Shown in pieces: positions 7,934 to 17,742 of a stretch of 64,000 nt of DNA. Each line of letters starts with the position of its first letter. Position 1 is the stretch's first letter. The notes beneath the pieces are model-generated. The model was not told the DNA's origin, made no database searches, and saw nothing but the letters and a program-made list of their open reading frames with translations. Origin of the DNA: Planctomycetota bacterium (GTDB lineage: Bacteria; Planctomycetota; UBA1135); assembly GCA_045047305.1 (NCBI GenBank), contig JASFYO010000029.1:1-64000 (forward strand), given 5' to 3'. Made by a program: the position numbers and the translations under genes.

Positions 7934-9489
7934 TAGGGAGCTTCCCTCCACCATTCCAAAGTTTGTTGAATCTGCAGTGGATTGAGGTCGTCTGAAAAAG
8001 GTTCCACGCCTTGCTTAAGCACTCCCCCGTTACGCGTTTGCCCAGGAAGGCAGGCTGCGCCGAGTTCCAAAGGCAATCCCTCTGGTAACAACTGGACCAA
8101 CTCCTCTAAGCTTGGAAATGGCATTTCTCGTCGTGCAAAAACCACCCAATTACGGCTTTTCGGAACTCGGTGCATGCGAATGTTGTCGCCAAAACTAAGC
8201 TCCAATCCTTTGCGGATACGGTCAACAAAACCGATCTCGGCATCAATACTTGCAGTAGTACCAAGATTCAATGCCAACACCCCTCCGGGGCGCAAATGGC
8301 TGTATACCTCTGCAAAAAATTCTTGTGTTGCGAGGTGCAATGGGATTTCAAACTGACGCGCGTAAGCATCGAGCAATACCAAATCTAAATTTTGCTTCGC
8401 GACACGCAAAAGACTGCGTGCATCTGCCCCGGCCACCACGCGCACTTGCACCGCAGTGTTTTCACGCATTGGCATCCATTCTTGACCAAGCTTTACCACG
8501 GCAGGATCTAGTTCAACTCCTACCGCGTCTAAGCGATTCGGTGAAGCACCAAAGAGTAAAGGCTCCATCGCACTTCCGGCGCCGAAACCGAGGACCCACG
8601 TCTTGATGGAAGAAGATGCCTCACGCTCTAATCCCGCATGAGCATAAATCGGTGCCAAGGCAAAAAGATCATAGTAACCACCAGGCCAAGTTTGGCCTTC
8701 ACGCCATATAGATTGAAAGGAATCCAATCCTTCGTTCATCTGAAGCCAACGCTCCCCGCCAGGGAACTCGATGACCCGCAGGTGTTGATAGGAACTATTC
8801 GCAACAGCCTTGACCACAGCCCCAGTGGGAAGATTGGCGCCAGCTGCCGGGTCAGGAATCAAGAGCAAGGCCAAAGGCAAAGCCGCTGCCACGCTTAACC
8901 CTTTCCGATTCCATAGCAAGGCTCCAGCTAACAACAGAGCCACACAAGTTAGAACTAGAGTGAGTCGCACGCCTAATACAGGAATAGCGTAGAAGGTGGA
9001 GAAAAAGACGCCAAGTAAAGACCCCAAGGTCCCGGCTGCCGAAACGTCGCCCGCTGCCTTTCCGGCTGAACATTCCGCAGAACGAATTTGAACCAACAAA
9101 GGGCTCAGCATGGACAGCAGTAGTACCGGAGGCACAAAGAACAGCATGGCTGCGGTAAATGCACCGCGAGAGAATATTGCGGCAGCTTCATCCAAAGTCA
9201 ATCCATCCGGCAAAAGGGTTTGCGCAAATGGCTCCAACAAAAAGATGCCAGAACTCAATAGGACTCCGCCAATAAATAGGCAAATCGCAGCAGCTCGCAT
9301 AGGGGCACGACTACGAGTGGCGAGACGTCCGCCAAGCCAGCCGCCTAACGCAATGGCGGCCAGCACCAAACCAATTTGCTGGCTCCACACTAAGGCAGAA
9401 GTCCCAAACCACGGCGCCAAAAGGTGCACGCCAAGAATCTCCACGGCAAGGACAGCAAACCCAGCCAACCCTGCTGCAAGCAATGTCAT
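7933..9489 (-). CDS. Fused MFS-like membrane domain / spermidine synthase-type SAM-binding protein
   Basis: N-terminal TM helices (LAPWFGTS..W, GTLGSLLG) followed by SSYQHLRV, VLGFGAGS, VELDPAV, ADAR, LDAY and HLATQEF. Confidence 0.88.
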   Translation of the reverse strand: MTLLAAGLAGFAVLAVEILGVHLLAPWFGTSALVWSQQIGLVLAAIALGGWLGGRLATRSRAPMRAAAICLFIGGVLLSSGIFLLEPFAQTLLPDGLTLDEAAAIFSRGAFTAAMLFFVPPVLLLSMLSPLLVQIRSAECSAGKAAGDVSAAGTLGSLLGVFFSTFYAIPVLGVRLTLVLTCVALLLAGALLWNRKGLSVAAALPLALLLIPDPAAGANLPTGAVVKAVANSSYQHLRVIEFPGGERWLQMNEGLDSFQSIWREGQTWPGGYYDLFALAPIYAHAGLEREASSSIKTWVLGFGAGSAMEPLLFGASPNRLDAVGVELDPAVVKLGQEWMPMRENTAVQVRVVAGADARSLLRVAKQNLDLVLLDAYARQFEIPLHLATQEFFAEVYSHLRPGGVLALNLGTTASIDAEIGFVDRIRKGLELSFGDNIRMHRVPKSRNWVVFARREMPFPSLEELVQLLPEGLPLELGAACLPGQTRNGGVLKQGVEPFSDDLNPLQIQQTLEWWREAP

Positions 9490-9501
9490 GATGCTTCCCT
9501 C

Positions 9502-10683
9502 TTAACCGTCGGTGGGTTCCTTCGCTTCGGAAGGCAAATCCAACTGACGCAGTTGTGCCGGATAAACAGAGCCATCCAAGCTGTTGACGTAGTTCCCCAA
9601 CAAGGTTCCGAGGGAACGCGAAGACTGGAAGGTGTAGGTTTGCCCATTGCGCAAAACGGTAATCGGTTTATCGAGGTCAACTAGGATGTCGTTCAACATC
9701 AGGCGCACTTGATAAACATACTCGCCATCAATGGTGATGGTATTCGTACCACGGTCAACAGAAACCTTCAAACGCGAGGCCTTGCCCTCTGGGACGGCGT
9801 CGCCAGTATCAAACTTGAGCGCTTGCACCCAATAGAAAACACCTTGCCATGGCTCCACCAGTTCCACCTCAAAAGAAGTTGGATACTTATCGGGAGACTC
9901 AAGGCCTAATGCCCAATTGGCAGCAGATTCGACCGAATCCTTGCTTTCCACGACAACTAGACTGTAATTCGCCTTGCCCGGCACATCCCCGGCGTCCGCT
10001 CCAATCAACGCCACTCCAGCAAAATAGTGTGGGATCACAGCGGCGTAGGCGGACGCAAAGGAAACCCCTTGCTCGCCTTTGCCGATTAGAAATAACCGGC
10101 TACGGTCAACCCGGTAGGCGACCGTTCCACGCCCGATAGGGCCGATAATGAGATTGCGGCCCTCGGCCTCCATCAACACCGACTTATCTAATCCGCCAAT
10201 CAACGGGGCCAAAATAATAAAGGCTTCCTTGGTTTCATCTGACAAGCCGTCGATGGTTGCTTGTGGGTCCGAATCCAAAAGCAAGATGGCCGGATAGTTC
10301 ACCTTATCCGGTTTATAACTAGCGGGTAACCATACCAAAAACTTTCCGTAAGCACCCAAGTCTTGCTCAATCGTCTTTCCCTTTTTAATGTTCTTTCCAG
10401 ACTTATCGAAACCTCGACCAGTCTGCATCACGATTTCCCAATCGCGCACCAAGGAAAGAGCAGATCGCCCCTTCAACTTCTTGTCCATCTTCTGGATGAT
10501 GCCTTCAAGCTTCATCATTTCTTCAGCAGCTTTACCAGGATCACCTTCAATCTTTGCATCGACCCATTCACCAAAAGGCTTGCCGAGTTTTTTGAGATCA
10601 CTGGATTTCATTTCCGGCTCGCTCTGCGCAAAAAGAGGCAGAGCAAATATAATAAGGGCGAGAAGAGTGAGGATTCGCTTCAT
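9502..10683 (-). CDS. Secreted alpha/beta-hydrolase-like protein (nucleophile motif appears degenerate)
   Basis: Signal peptide; VWLPASYKPDK.YPAILLL, YRVDRSRLFLIG, then a C-terminal LVDLDKPITV domain. Confidence 0.7.
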   Translation of the reverse strand: MKRILTLLALIIFALPLFAQSEPEMKSSDLKKLGKPFGEWVDAKIEGDPGKAAEEMMKLEGIIQKMDKKLKGRSALSLVRDWEIVMQTGRGFDKSGKNIKKGKTIEQDLGAYGKFLVWLPASYKPDKVNYPAILLLDSDPQATIDGLSDETKEAFIILAPLIGGLDKSVLMEAEGRNLIIGPIGRGTVAYRVDRSRLFLIGKGEQGVSFASAYAAVIPHYFAGVALIGADAGDVPGKANYSLVVVESKDSVESAANWALGLESPDKYPTSFEVELVEPWQGVFYWVQALKFDTGDAVPEGKASRLKVSVDRGTNTITIDGEYVYQVRLMLNDILVDLDKPITVLRNGQTYTFQSSRSLGTLLGNYVNSLDGSVYPAQLRQLDLPSEAKEPTDG

Positions 10684-10695
10684 GTGGTGACTAGC

Positions 10696-11223
10696 TTAAA
10701 GGCGCGAGTTTCGGGAGGCGAGTACGGCTTGAGCCAGTTCGCGAGAAGTGGAAACGGAGGAAACCGACTGAGGCGGGTCCATGGAAAGCCAATCAAGGTT
10801 CCCGCGATAACGAGAATCTCCAGAATAAGCTAGAAGCCCCGTTTTCAGCGCTTCTTCAGTAGCGGCTAAACGGCCTTCTCCCCATAGGGATAATGCCCGT
10901 TCCAAATCCGCGTTGACCCCTTCTGATAACGTTTTCGCGGGGAGTGGTAACCCCTGACGTCGGCAGTAAAGAATGAAATTTGCTTGGGCAGCATCGGTGC
11001 CCTCGGCAGCCATGTAAGCCCATCCCTGGCGAACGATGCGCACAGGCCCATGCTCGATCCGCGTGAGCGACTGAAACAAGGTTTTTAGCCACAGGAGGTC
11101 CTCAGGGTGCGGGTCGCTGAGCAGCTCTGCAGCTCGGGCTACGTGACGCTCAGGGACAGGCCCCTGATGCGCAGAAGGATTGGGAGCCAGCGAGCTCCAC
11201 AGCCACAAGATTAATCCAACCAA
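10696..11223 (-). CDS. Hypothetical exported protein (possible single TPR-like motif)
   Basis: Hydrophobic N-terminus; overlaps the purM stop and lies on the same strand. Confidence 0.6.
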   Translation of the reverse strand: MVGLILWLWSSLAPNPSAHQGPVPERHVARAAELLSDPHPEDLLWLKTLFQSLTRIEHGPVRIVRQGWAYMAAEGTDAAQANFILYCRRQGLPLPAKTLSEGVNADLERALSLWGEGRLAATEEALKTGLLAYSGDSRYRGNLDWLSMDPPQSVSSVSTSRELAQAVLASRNSRL

Positions 11224-12257
11224 GCCACGCCCTCGACGTCGGCACTGATTTCGCCCATGGCAAAGGCAGGTTGTCCCTGTGCTTCAAGCGCACTAAGAAA
11301 TTCTTGCTCGAAGGATGGATCCACGACCAAAATCATGCCGACGCCCATGTTGAAGGCCTTCCAGCTTTCATCGCGTTCGACATTTCCAGCCGCGCACAGT
11401 TGCTGGAAGACGTTTTGCTCCGGCACCGCAAGGCGCGAAACCTTGGCACCAAGCCCATTCAGCACGCGCGGCAAGTTACCGGGAACGCCACCACCGGTGA
11501 TATGCGCCATCGCGTGCAGCGCCTTGTTGCGCAGGAATGGACGCAGGGTCTCGAGGTAACAAAGATGTGGGTCGAGGAGGACGTCGGCAGCGCTGCGGGT
11601 GTCTCCTGGAAAGATATCGGTGTAAGTAATCCCCATACGCTCTTCGACGATGCGCCGGGCGAGGGAATAACCGTTGGTATGTAAGCCTACAGAAGGCAAG
11701 CCAATCAGGCGGTCTCCATGCTTGACGCTACTGCCGTCAATCAAGTAATCACGCTCGACCACACCGACCACTGTACCGACAAGATCGAACTCATTGTCCG
11801 GATAAACGCCAGGCATTTCTGCGGTCTCGCCGCCCAACAGGGCCATGCCGTGGTCAGCACAAGCGTTCGCCACCCCGGTAATCGCCGATGCGACCATCTC
11901 GGGGTTAAGCTTGCCAACCCCGACATAATCGAGGAAGAACAACGGTTCTGCGCCCTGAACCAGGATGTCGTTGATGCAATGTTGCACCAAGCAGCGCCCG
12001 ACAGTGTCAAAACGCTGAATCGCTGATGCAATCCGAATTTTGGTGCCTACACCATCATTCGACGCCACCAGGACTGGTTTATCAGCAAGTCCATCGGCAC
12101 GAAATAGGCCTCCAAAACTGCCGACATCGGCGAGCACGCGCTCACCATGACTGCGGCGGATGGCCTGCTTGGATGCATCAAGAGCAGCTTCCGCCGCGGC
12201 GATATCCACGCCTGCGTCACGGTAGCTGAGGGAATTCGAGGAGGTCTGCTCGCTCAT
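11211..12257 (-). CDS. purM: Phosphoribosylformylglycinamidine cyclo-ligase
   Basis: YRDAGVDI, DGVGTK, GAEPLFFLDY, GGETAEMPG, GLHTNGYSL and HITGGG. Confidence 0.97.
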   Translation of the reverse strand: MSEQTSSNSLSYRDAGVDIAAAEAALDASKQAIRRSHGERVLADVGSFGGLFRADGLADKPVLVASNDGVGTKIRIASAIQRFDTVGRCLVQHCINDILVQGAEPLFFLDYVGVGKLNPEMVASAITGVANACADHGMALLGGETAEMPGVYPDNEFDLVGTVVGVVERDYLIDGSSVKHGDRLIGLPSVGLHTNGYSLARRIVEERMGITYTDIFPGDTRSAADVLLDPHLCYLETLRPFLRNKALHAMAHITGGGVPGNLPRVLNGLGAKVSRLAVPEQNVFQQLCAAGNVERDESWKAFNMGVGMILVVDPSFEQEFLSALEAQGQPAFAMGEISADVEGVAWLD

Positions 12258-12299
12258 CGCCACCGATTCTACCTCGTCGCGCGTATCATTCCTGCAACG

Positions 12300-13415
12300 A
12301 TGTCTTCCCCCCGCCGCCTTGTCATCCTGGGAGCCACTGGGACTGTTGGAATTCAGGCCCTAAGCATCCTGGAAGAGTCCTCCTCACCGCTGGAGGTGGT
12401 GGCTTTATCCTGCCATCAGCAAGCCGAGAAGCTGGCAAATCTGGGTCCTGCCGACGCCCTCCGCTTCCACACCATCCAGCCCGAGCAAAACGCTGCTCTG
12501 CTCGCCTTTCTCGAAGAAGGCAATTACGACGTCTGCCTCCACGCAATTGTAGGTGCTGCCGGCCTCCCCTTCTCCGAAGCCGTGCTCAAGGCCGGCCGCC
12601 GCTTAGCTCTGGCAAATAAGGAATCTCTGGTGATGGCTGGCGATTTACTGATGCCTCTTGCGCGTAAAACTGGGGCGGAGATTGTGCCGGTAGATTCCGA
12701 ACATTCCGCCATCCATCAGTGCTTAGTCGGTGCCCAAAACGCCGATGTGCGGCACCTTTGGCTCACCGCTTCTGGCGGCGCATTACGCGATTTACCGATA
12801 TCTGAGTTGGAGAAAGTGACGCCGAACCAGGCTTTAGCGCACCCCAACTGGGATATGGGGCCGCGCATTACGGTGGACTCCGCAACCATGATGAATAAGG
12901 CTTTCGAAATCATCGAGGCTTGCTTCTTATTCGACATCGCTGCAGCAGAGGTCAAAGTGTTGCTGCATCGGCAATCGGTAGTTCATTCCATGGTGGAATT
13001 TGTCGACGGCTCCATGCTCGCGCAACTCGGCCCCCCCGACATGAGTCTTCCCATCCATTATGCGATTCATTTCCCAGAGCGCCGAGCCTCCCCACTGCAG
13101 GGATTTGATGCCAAGCTTTTCTCCAACCTCACTTTTGAAGAACCCAACGTCGCGCGCTATCCAGCTTTGGATTTGGGCTGGCGTGCGGCTTCCATGGGCG
13201 GCAATGCGGGCGCAGTGCTAAACGCCGCAGATGAAGTCGCGGTGGAAGCTTTTCTCGCTGGGGAAATCCCCTATCTGCGCATTGCAGAACTGTGCCAAAC
13301 CGCGCTGGAACAGCTCGGAGGCGACCCGATTCCAAACCTCACCGCGGTTTATGCCGCTGACCAACGCGCACGCGATTTCGTTGCCGACCTTTTGACTACG
13401 CCTAACTGCTCATGA
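12300..13415 (+). CDS. dxr: 1-deoxy-D-xylulose-5-phosphate reductoisomerase
   Basis: ILGATGTVG, LANKESLV, PVDSEHSAI, TASGG, HPNWDMG, DSATMMNK and NAADE. Confidence 0.97.
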   Translation: MSSPRRLVILGATGTVGIQALSILEESSSPLEVVALSCHQQAEKLANLGPADALRFHTIQPEQNAALLAFLEEGNYDVCLHAIVGAAGLPFSEAVLKAGRRLALANKESLVMAGDLLMPLARKTGAEIVPVDSEHSAIHQCLVGAQNADVRHLWLTASGGALRDLPISELEKVTPNQALAHPNWDMGPRITVDSATMMNKAFEIIEACFLFDIAAAEVKVLLHRQSVVHSMVEFVDGSMLAQLGPPDMSLPIHYAIHFPERRASPLQGFDAKLFSNLTFEEPNVARYPALDLGWRAASMGGNAGAVLNAADEVAVEAFLAGEIPYLRIAELCQTALEQLGGDPIPNLTAVYAADQRARDFVADLLTTPNCS

Positions 13416-15208
13416 TGGCCACTCTACTCACGGTCCTTGGAATTGGACTCTTACTGCTAATTCACGAAGCAGGACACTTCTTTGCTGCTCGCGCTGTCGG
13501 CATCAAGGTACATGTATTTTCCTTAGGTTTTGGACCACGCATATTTGGTTGGACGCGTCATGGATGCGAGTTCCGTTTGGCATGGATTCCTCTTGGTGGG
13601 TACGTGCGCGTTGCTGGAGAAGACCCCAATGCCACTCCAGTACCTGGCGATTTGTTTTATGCCAGCGCACCGCAACGCCTGCTGTTTTACGCGGGAGGCA
13701 TCATCATCAACTTTCTATTTGCGTTTTTGCTGATCCCAATTTTGTTCATGCTTGGTGTTCCATTTGAGGCACCGATCATTGGCTCGGTCAATCCTGGTGA
13801 ATCTGCGTGGATTGCCGGAATGCAAGACGGTGATCGGGTTTTAGAAGTAGATGGACGTACCGTTTATGGATTCCGCCATGTGCACTCTGCGGTGGCGCTT
13901 GCTACTCAAGGAGAGAGTCTTGAAATGGTGGTGGTTGGTTCCGATGGCAACACTCGGCATTTACAGCTAACTCCCAAATACGATACAGAAAAAGGGTTTC
14001 AGGGCATTGGCGTGAACCCGCTCATGGAGTTACGTTTCCCACGTGGAAGCGATTTAGCCAAATCATCGGGCGATGCCACTTTGCAGACAGTGAACGGTGT
14101 CGATACCACGAACGGGGCTCTGCTTGCCGCAGTCCTGGAAGATGCTCGCCTGAGTGGAACAGATTTACAGGTCACTTATTTCAATGCGGCTGGCGAAGTA
14201 AACTCCGCCTCGGTCGCCGCAACCGCCGTCACCCCAAAAAATGCGCCCAATCAAATTGGGATTTCGCCTTTACTGCGCAAAGTCGAAATAGCGACTGGAC
14301 CGCTGGATAATGTGTTCACCGAAGGCATTGAATTATTGGCGGTCAATGGACACGAAATCCGTGGGCGTAACGATGTCTTGCTGGCGGTCCACCAAGCTGG
14401 CGACTTGCACTCCTTCCGCTACCGGGAAGATGGTGCAAACGCTCCCCCCGTCGATCGAGTGCTCAAGACTCCCATAAGAATCAGCGCAAGGGAGGTTGCC
14501 AGCCATCTTCACTTGATTTCCACCGCGGAAGTCCGCTACAGCATTCACCCTGACAGTGCCGCCGCGCTTGCAGGCTTAGAAGATGGGTGCAAAATCTTGC
14601 GCGTGAATGATCAGCCGGTGCCTAGCTTCGAAGAACTGCGTAGCTTGGTTTTAGGATTCAGTTCTAGCGCCAAAACTCCACCAACCCTTTCCCTCGACGT
14701 CATTTCCCCAGGTGCTAGCGCCTCGCACAAGGTCGACGTCACCTTGGCTCCTATCCCTGGTGTTGCATATGACTTGGAAATGCAAATCGTTATGGAAAAG
14801 GTGAGCACCAAAAGCCCCTTACGCGCCATTTCCTTAGGTTTCGCCGAAGCCAAAAACATGATCGGTGAAGTGTTCACAACCTTGCAACGCATGGTGTCGG
14901 GCTCCATCGATTCTAAAAACCTAGGTGGCATCATTAGCATTGGTACAGCGACGCATAGTTTTGCAAGCCAGGGCCTCATCCCTCTGTTCTTCTTCTTATG
15001 CATGATTTCGGTCAACTTAGGAGTGCTAAACCTGTTACCGATTCCGGCACTCGATGGCGGGCACATTCTTTTTGCCCTTTATGAAATCATCGCGCGACGC
15101 CCAGTCAGCATGGTGGTACAGAACGCATTCCAAGTGGTCGGCGTCTTTGCCGTTTTGTTCCTCTTAGTTTTCGTCACCGTCCTTGACATTCAACGCCTAT
15201 TCAACTGA
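13412..15208 (+). CDS. rseP: RIP metalloprotease RseP with PDZ domains
   Basis: HEAGH, FSLGFGP, IPLGGYV and NLLPIPALDGG; follows dxr. Confidence 0.95.
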   Translation: MMATLLTVLGIGLLLLIHEAGHFFAARAVGIKVHVFSLGFGPRIFGWTRHGCEFRLAWIPLGGYVRVAGEDPNATPVPGDLFYASAPQRLLFYAGGIIINFLFAFLLIPILFMLGVPFEAPIIGSVNPGESAWIAGMQDGDRVLEVDGRTVYGFRHVHSAVALATQGESLEMVVVGSDGNTRHLQLTPKYDTEKGFQGIGVNPLMELRFPRGSDLAKSSGDATLQTVNGVDTTNGALLAAVLEDARLSGTDLQVTYFNAAGEVNSASVAATAVTPKNAPNQIGISPLLRKVEIATGPLDNVFTEGIELLAVNGHEIRGRNDVLLAVHQAGDLHSFRYREDGANAPPVDRVLKTPIRISAREVASHLHLISTAEVRYSIHPDSAAALAGLEDGCKILRVNDQPVPSFEELRSLVLGFSSSAKTPPTLSLDVISPGASASHKVDVTLAPIPGVAYDLEMQIVMEKVSTKSPLRAISLGFAEAKNMIGEVFTTLQRMVSGSIDSKNLGGIISIGTATHSFASQGLIPLFFFLCMISVNLGVLNLLPIPALDGGHILFALYEIIARRPVSMVVQNAFQVVGVFAVLFLLVFVTVLDIQRLFN

Positions 15209-15209
15209 G

Positions 15210-16085
15210 ATGCAAGCTTGGCTCCAACTAGCTCGAATTGCTCTCTTCCCCACCATTTTGTGGGATTTCTACGCTGGACTTATTCTCGTTAGCGGGATTT
15301 GGGAGCGCACCACCGCGCTCGCTGCAGGCACTCTATTGCTGCTCTACCACGGTGGCATGATGCTGAACGATTTGCGTGATCGCGCGGAGGATACCGAGGC
15401 CAATCGACGTCGCCCTTTAGTCGATGGCCGCATTTCTGTGAGCGCAGCCGTCATCATGGTGATGCTGTTCTTTGTCGGTGCGGTGCTACTTGCCGAAGCC
15501 GCCGGCCCTCATCTTCGTTGGCCAACGCTGATTCTCTTAACCATCATTCTGGCGTATGACCTGTCAAGTTCCGGGTTACGCCAGCACCTCGGACCCGCCC
15601 TTCTTGCTGCGGCACGTGGCCTCAGTTTAAGTTTTGCAGCCTATGCCAGTTTCGGCTTTGATGCTGGACTCACCGCACTTGGTTATGGCCCCGTGGGCGC
15701 TTATGCCCTTTTCTTTCTCTTCGTATCACGTTTAGCGCAAAAAGAAGAACATGGTGTTCAAGGAGTGAATGGACTTTCCTTCCTTTTTATGGCTAGTTTG
15801 GCACCTGCCGTCCTTTACTACGACGGTCATGTTTCGATCTTCTTCCTACCGGCATGGATTCTTGTCGCAGGTTATCTGTTACGTCCAGCCTTTCAGGCTC
15901 GCTATGAATATTGGGGTCCCCAAAAGGTCCAAAGTATGGTCCGCCACAGCTTAGGCGCGGCACCGTTGATTCCAGGGCTGGTCCTGCTCGCCAGCGGCGA
16001 GACTAGCTTGATGCTGCAATCGCTGATTGCGATTCCGGTCTGCCTCTTGGTTCGGTTTATGGCGCGATCCTGGGCACCGGAATAA
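15210..16085 (+). CDS. UbiA-family prenyltransferase
   Basis: GGMMLNDLRDRAED...RRPLVDGRIS Asp-rich motif; multiple TM helices. Confidence 0.85.
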   Translation: MQAWLQLARIALFPTILWDFYAGLILVSGIWERTTALAAGTLLLLYHGGMMLNDLRDRAEDTEANRRRPLVDGRISVSAAVIMVMLFFVGAVLLAEAAGPHLRWPTLILLTIILAYDLSSSGLRQHLGPALLAAARGLSLSFAAYASFGFDAGLTALGYGPVGAYALFFLFVSRLAQKEEHGVQGVNGLSFLFMASLAPAVLYYDGHVSIFFLPAWILVAGYLLRPAFQARYEYWGPQKVQSMVRHSLGAAPLIPGLVLLASGETSLMLQSLIAIPVCLLVRFMARSWAPE

Positions 16086-16092
16086 ACCAACC

Positions 16093-17742
16093 CTAATAGT
16101 ACTCGGTAAGAATCCCGTTGATGAACTGACGGATTTCTACCCGCGATTCCTCTGCCGCGATATCAACCAACATTTGATATCCATCTTGCTTAAAGATCAT
16201 CGGAATCTTTTCCAAGGTTGCGCGACGCACCCGATCATCGATATCGGGCGCGGACGCTAACTCCAAAATCAAAGTTCTTGCGGCTGGTTCGTCCGGATAA
16301 CGACCGACACCCGGGACCACCCTTTTTGCATTGGCCAAGCTTGGGCTTTGATTCCAGATTTGCTCGAACATGGAAATGGTTTCAGGCCCAAAGTTAGCCA
16401 GCACCGTAGCTGAGACACTGCGCACTTCTGGATCTTCTTGTTCGTCCAAAACGCGCTGCAAAAGAAACTCTGCCGCTTCCATGCTGTGGGTTCTAGTCAA
16501 AGCCTTAAGCAAGCTGGAACGATGCGACCCTTGCGCGAACGGCCAACGCGCAATCAATATCCCCGCAGTCCGTTCATCGGCAACCCCATCCTTTCCCAGA
16601 AGCTGTAGGGCTGCTACCGACCCCTTACCGGTAGGGAACTCTCTTGCAAGCCGTAGAAAAGGATCTAGGCGATTACTGAAACCGCGTTCCAGTAACCCTA
16701 ATAGCGCATTAAACCGGACATCTTCATCGACAGCAGATTCAGCATAGGTATCGAGAACATTCAAACCAATGCCGGCCTCTGCCGCATCGGAACGGCGCAA
16801 TAATGCAACCAAAGCTAACTCAGTTTCAATCACTTGACTGTTTTGCACCGACAAAACAGATTCCCAATCCCCGAGTTCGCCCAATAATTGTAGAGCTAAT
16901 GCACGTGTACCGGCGGAAGGGTAAAGCTCTGGATTTAGATAGGGTTTGATTCGATCCGCCAAATCACGTTCTCCCAAGGCAATCCGAATGCCATAGGCCT
17001 GCAAGGTGGGAAATGGCGCAAGCCGGGGTTCCAACGATTGCAAAGCCAACGCAGCTGTAGGAGATTCCACCAGCAACAACGCCTTCCAACACGCTTCTCC
17101 AGCGGAGTTCTGCTGCTCAGAGTTGAGCCAAGCATTGGCCCCTTCAAGCAAGTAGGCAATCGATTCTGGATTCCCATACGCAGCCAAAACCTGCAAGCCC
17201 GCAGCACGGGGAGCGATTTCCGTTTCTTTGGCAACAAGTTCTAATACGGCGAGCTCTTGCCCCTCTGGCAATAACTTCGCAAGAGCCTCAAATGCAGCGG
17301 TCCGTACCACGGGAGCCGGGTTCAACTTCAGCAGGTCGATCAAGACCTCAGCGCCTTGTGGGTTTTCACAGGCAGCCAACGCGGCGCAAAGGCTAACTAA
17401 ATACCCCATTGAGGAGCGATTCCCTGATTCAGCGCGCAGCTCTTCAACCAGAATTGGGGTTGCCTCGGAGCCGATTTCCACCAAACGCTCTTGGGCAAAA
17501 TGATGCGCGGCTTTGGTACCCACGTGTAGGTGGTCCACATAACGTCGGGCCCAGCCGCCTTCGCCGGGAGCCTCATAGGGCTTTACCAAAGCGCCTTCGC
17601 GGAAGATTCGCGCGGAATGAACCACCCCGTTGCCCGAGGAGGAGTCTGTCAGCCTAGTTTTTTGCCCACACGACGCAAGCAGGGCTGCAGTCCCAAGGAG
17701 CATCAGTAGGCAGGCAGATTTCGGGTAGAATAGTCGCTTCAT
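16093..17742 (-). CDS. HEAT-repeat lipoprotein (start uncertain, alternative ATG 17703)
   Basis: Lipobox LLASC; HEAT-like units VRTAAFEALAKL, VRFNALLGL and VRSVSATVL. Confidence 0.75.
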   Translation of the reverse strand: MKRLFYPKSACLLMLLGTAALLASCGQKTRLTDSSSGNGVVHSARIFREGALVKPYEAPGEGGWARRYVDHLHVGTKAAHHFAQERLVEIGSEATPILVEELRAESGNRSSMGYLVSLCAALAACENPQGAEVLIDLLKLNPAPVVRTAAFEALAKLLPEGQELAVLELVAKETEIAPRAAGLQVLAAYGNPESIAYLLEGANAWLNSEQQNSAGEACWKALLLVESPTAALALQSLEPRLAPFPTLQAYGIRIALGERDLADRIKPYLNPELYPSAGTRALALQLLGELGDWESVLSVQNSQVIETELALVALLRRSDAAEAGIGLNVLDTYAESAVDEDVRFNALLGLLERGFSNRLDPFLRLAREFPTGKGSVAALQLLGKDGVADERTAGILIARWPFAQGSHRSSLLKALTRTHSMEAAEFLLQRVLDEQEDPEVRSVSATVLANFGPETISMFEQIWNQSPSLANAKRVVPGVGRYPDEPAARTLILELASAPDIDDRVRRATLEKIPMIFKQDGYQMLVDIAAEESRVEIRQFINGILTEYY

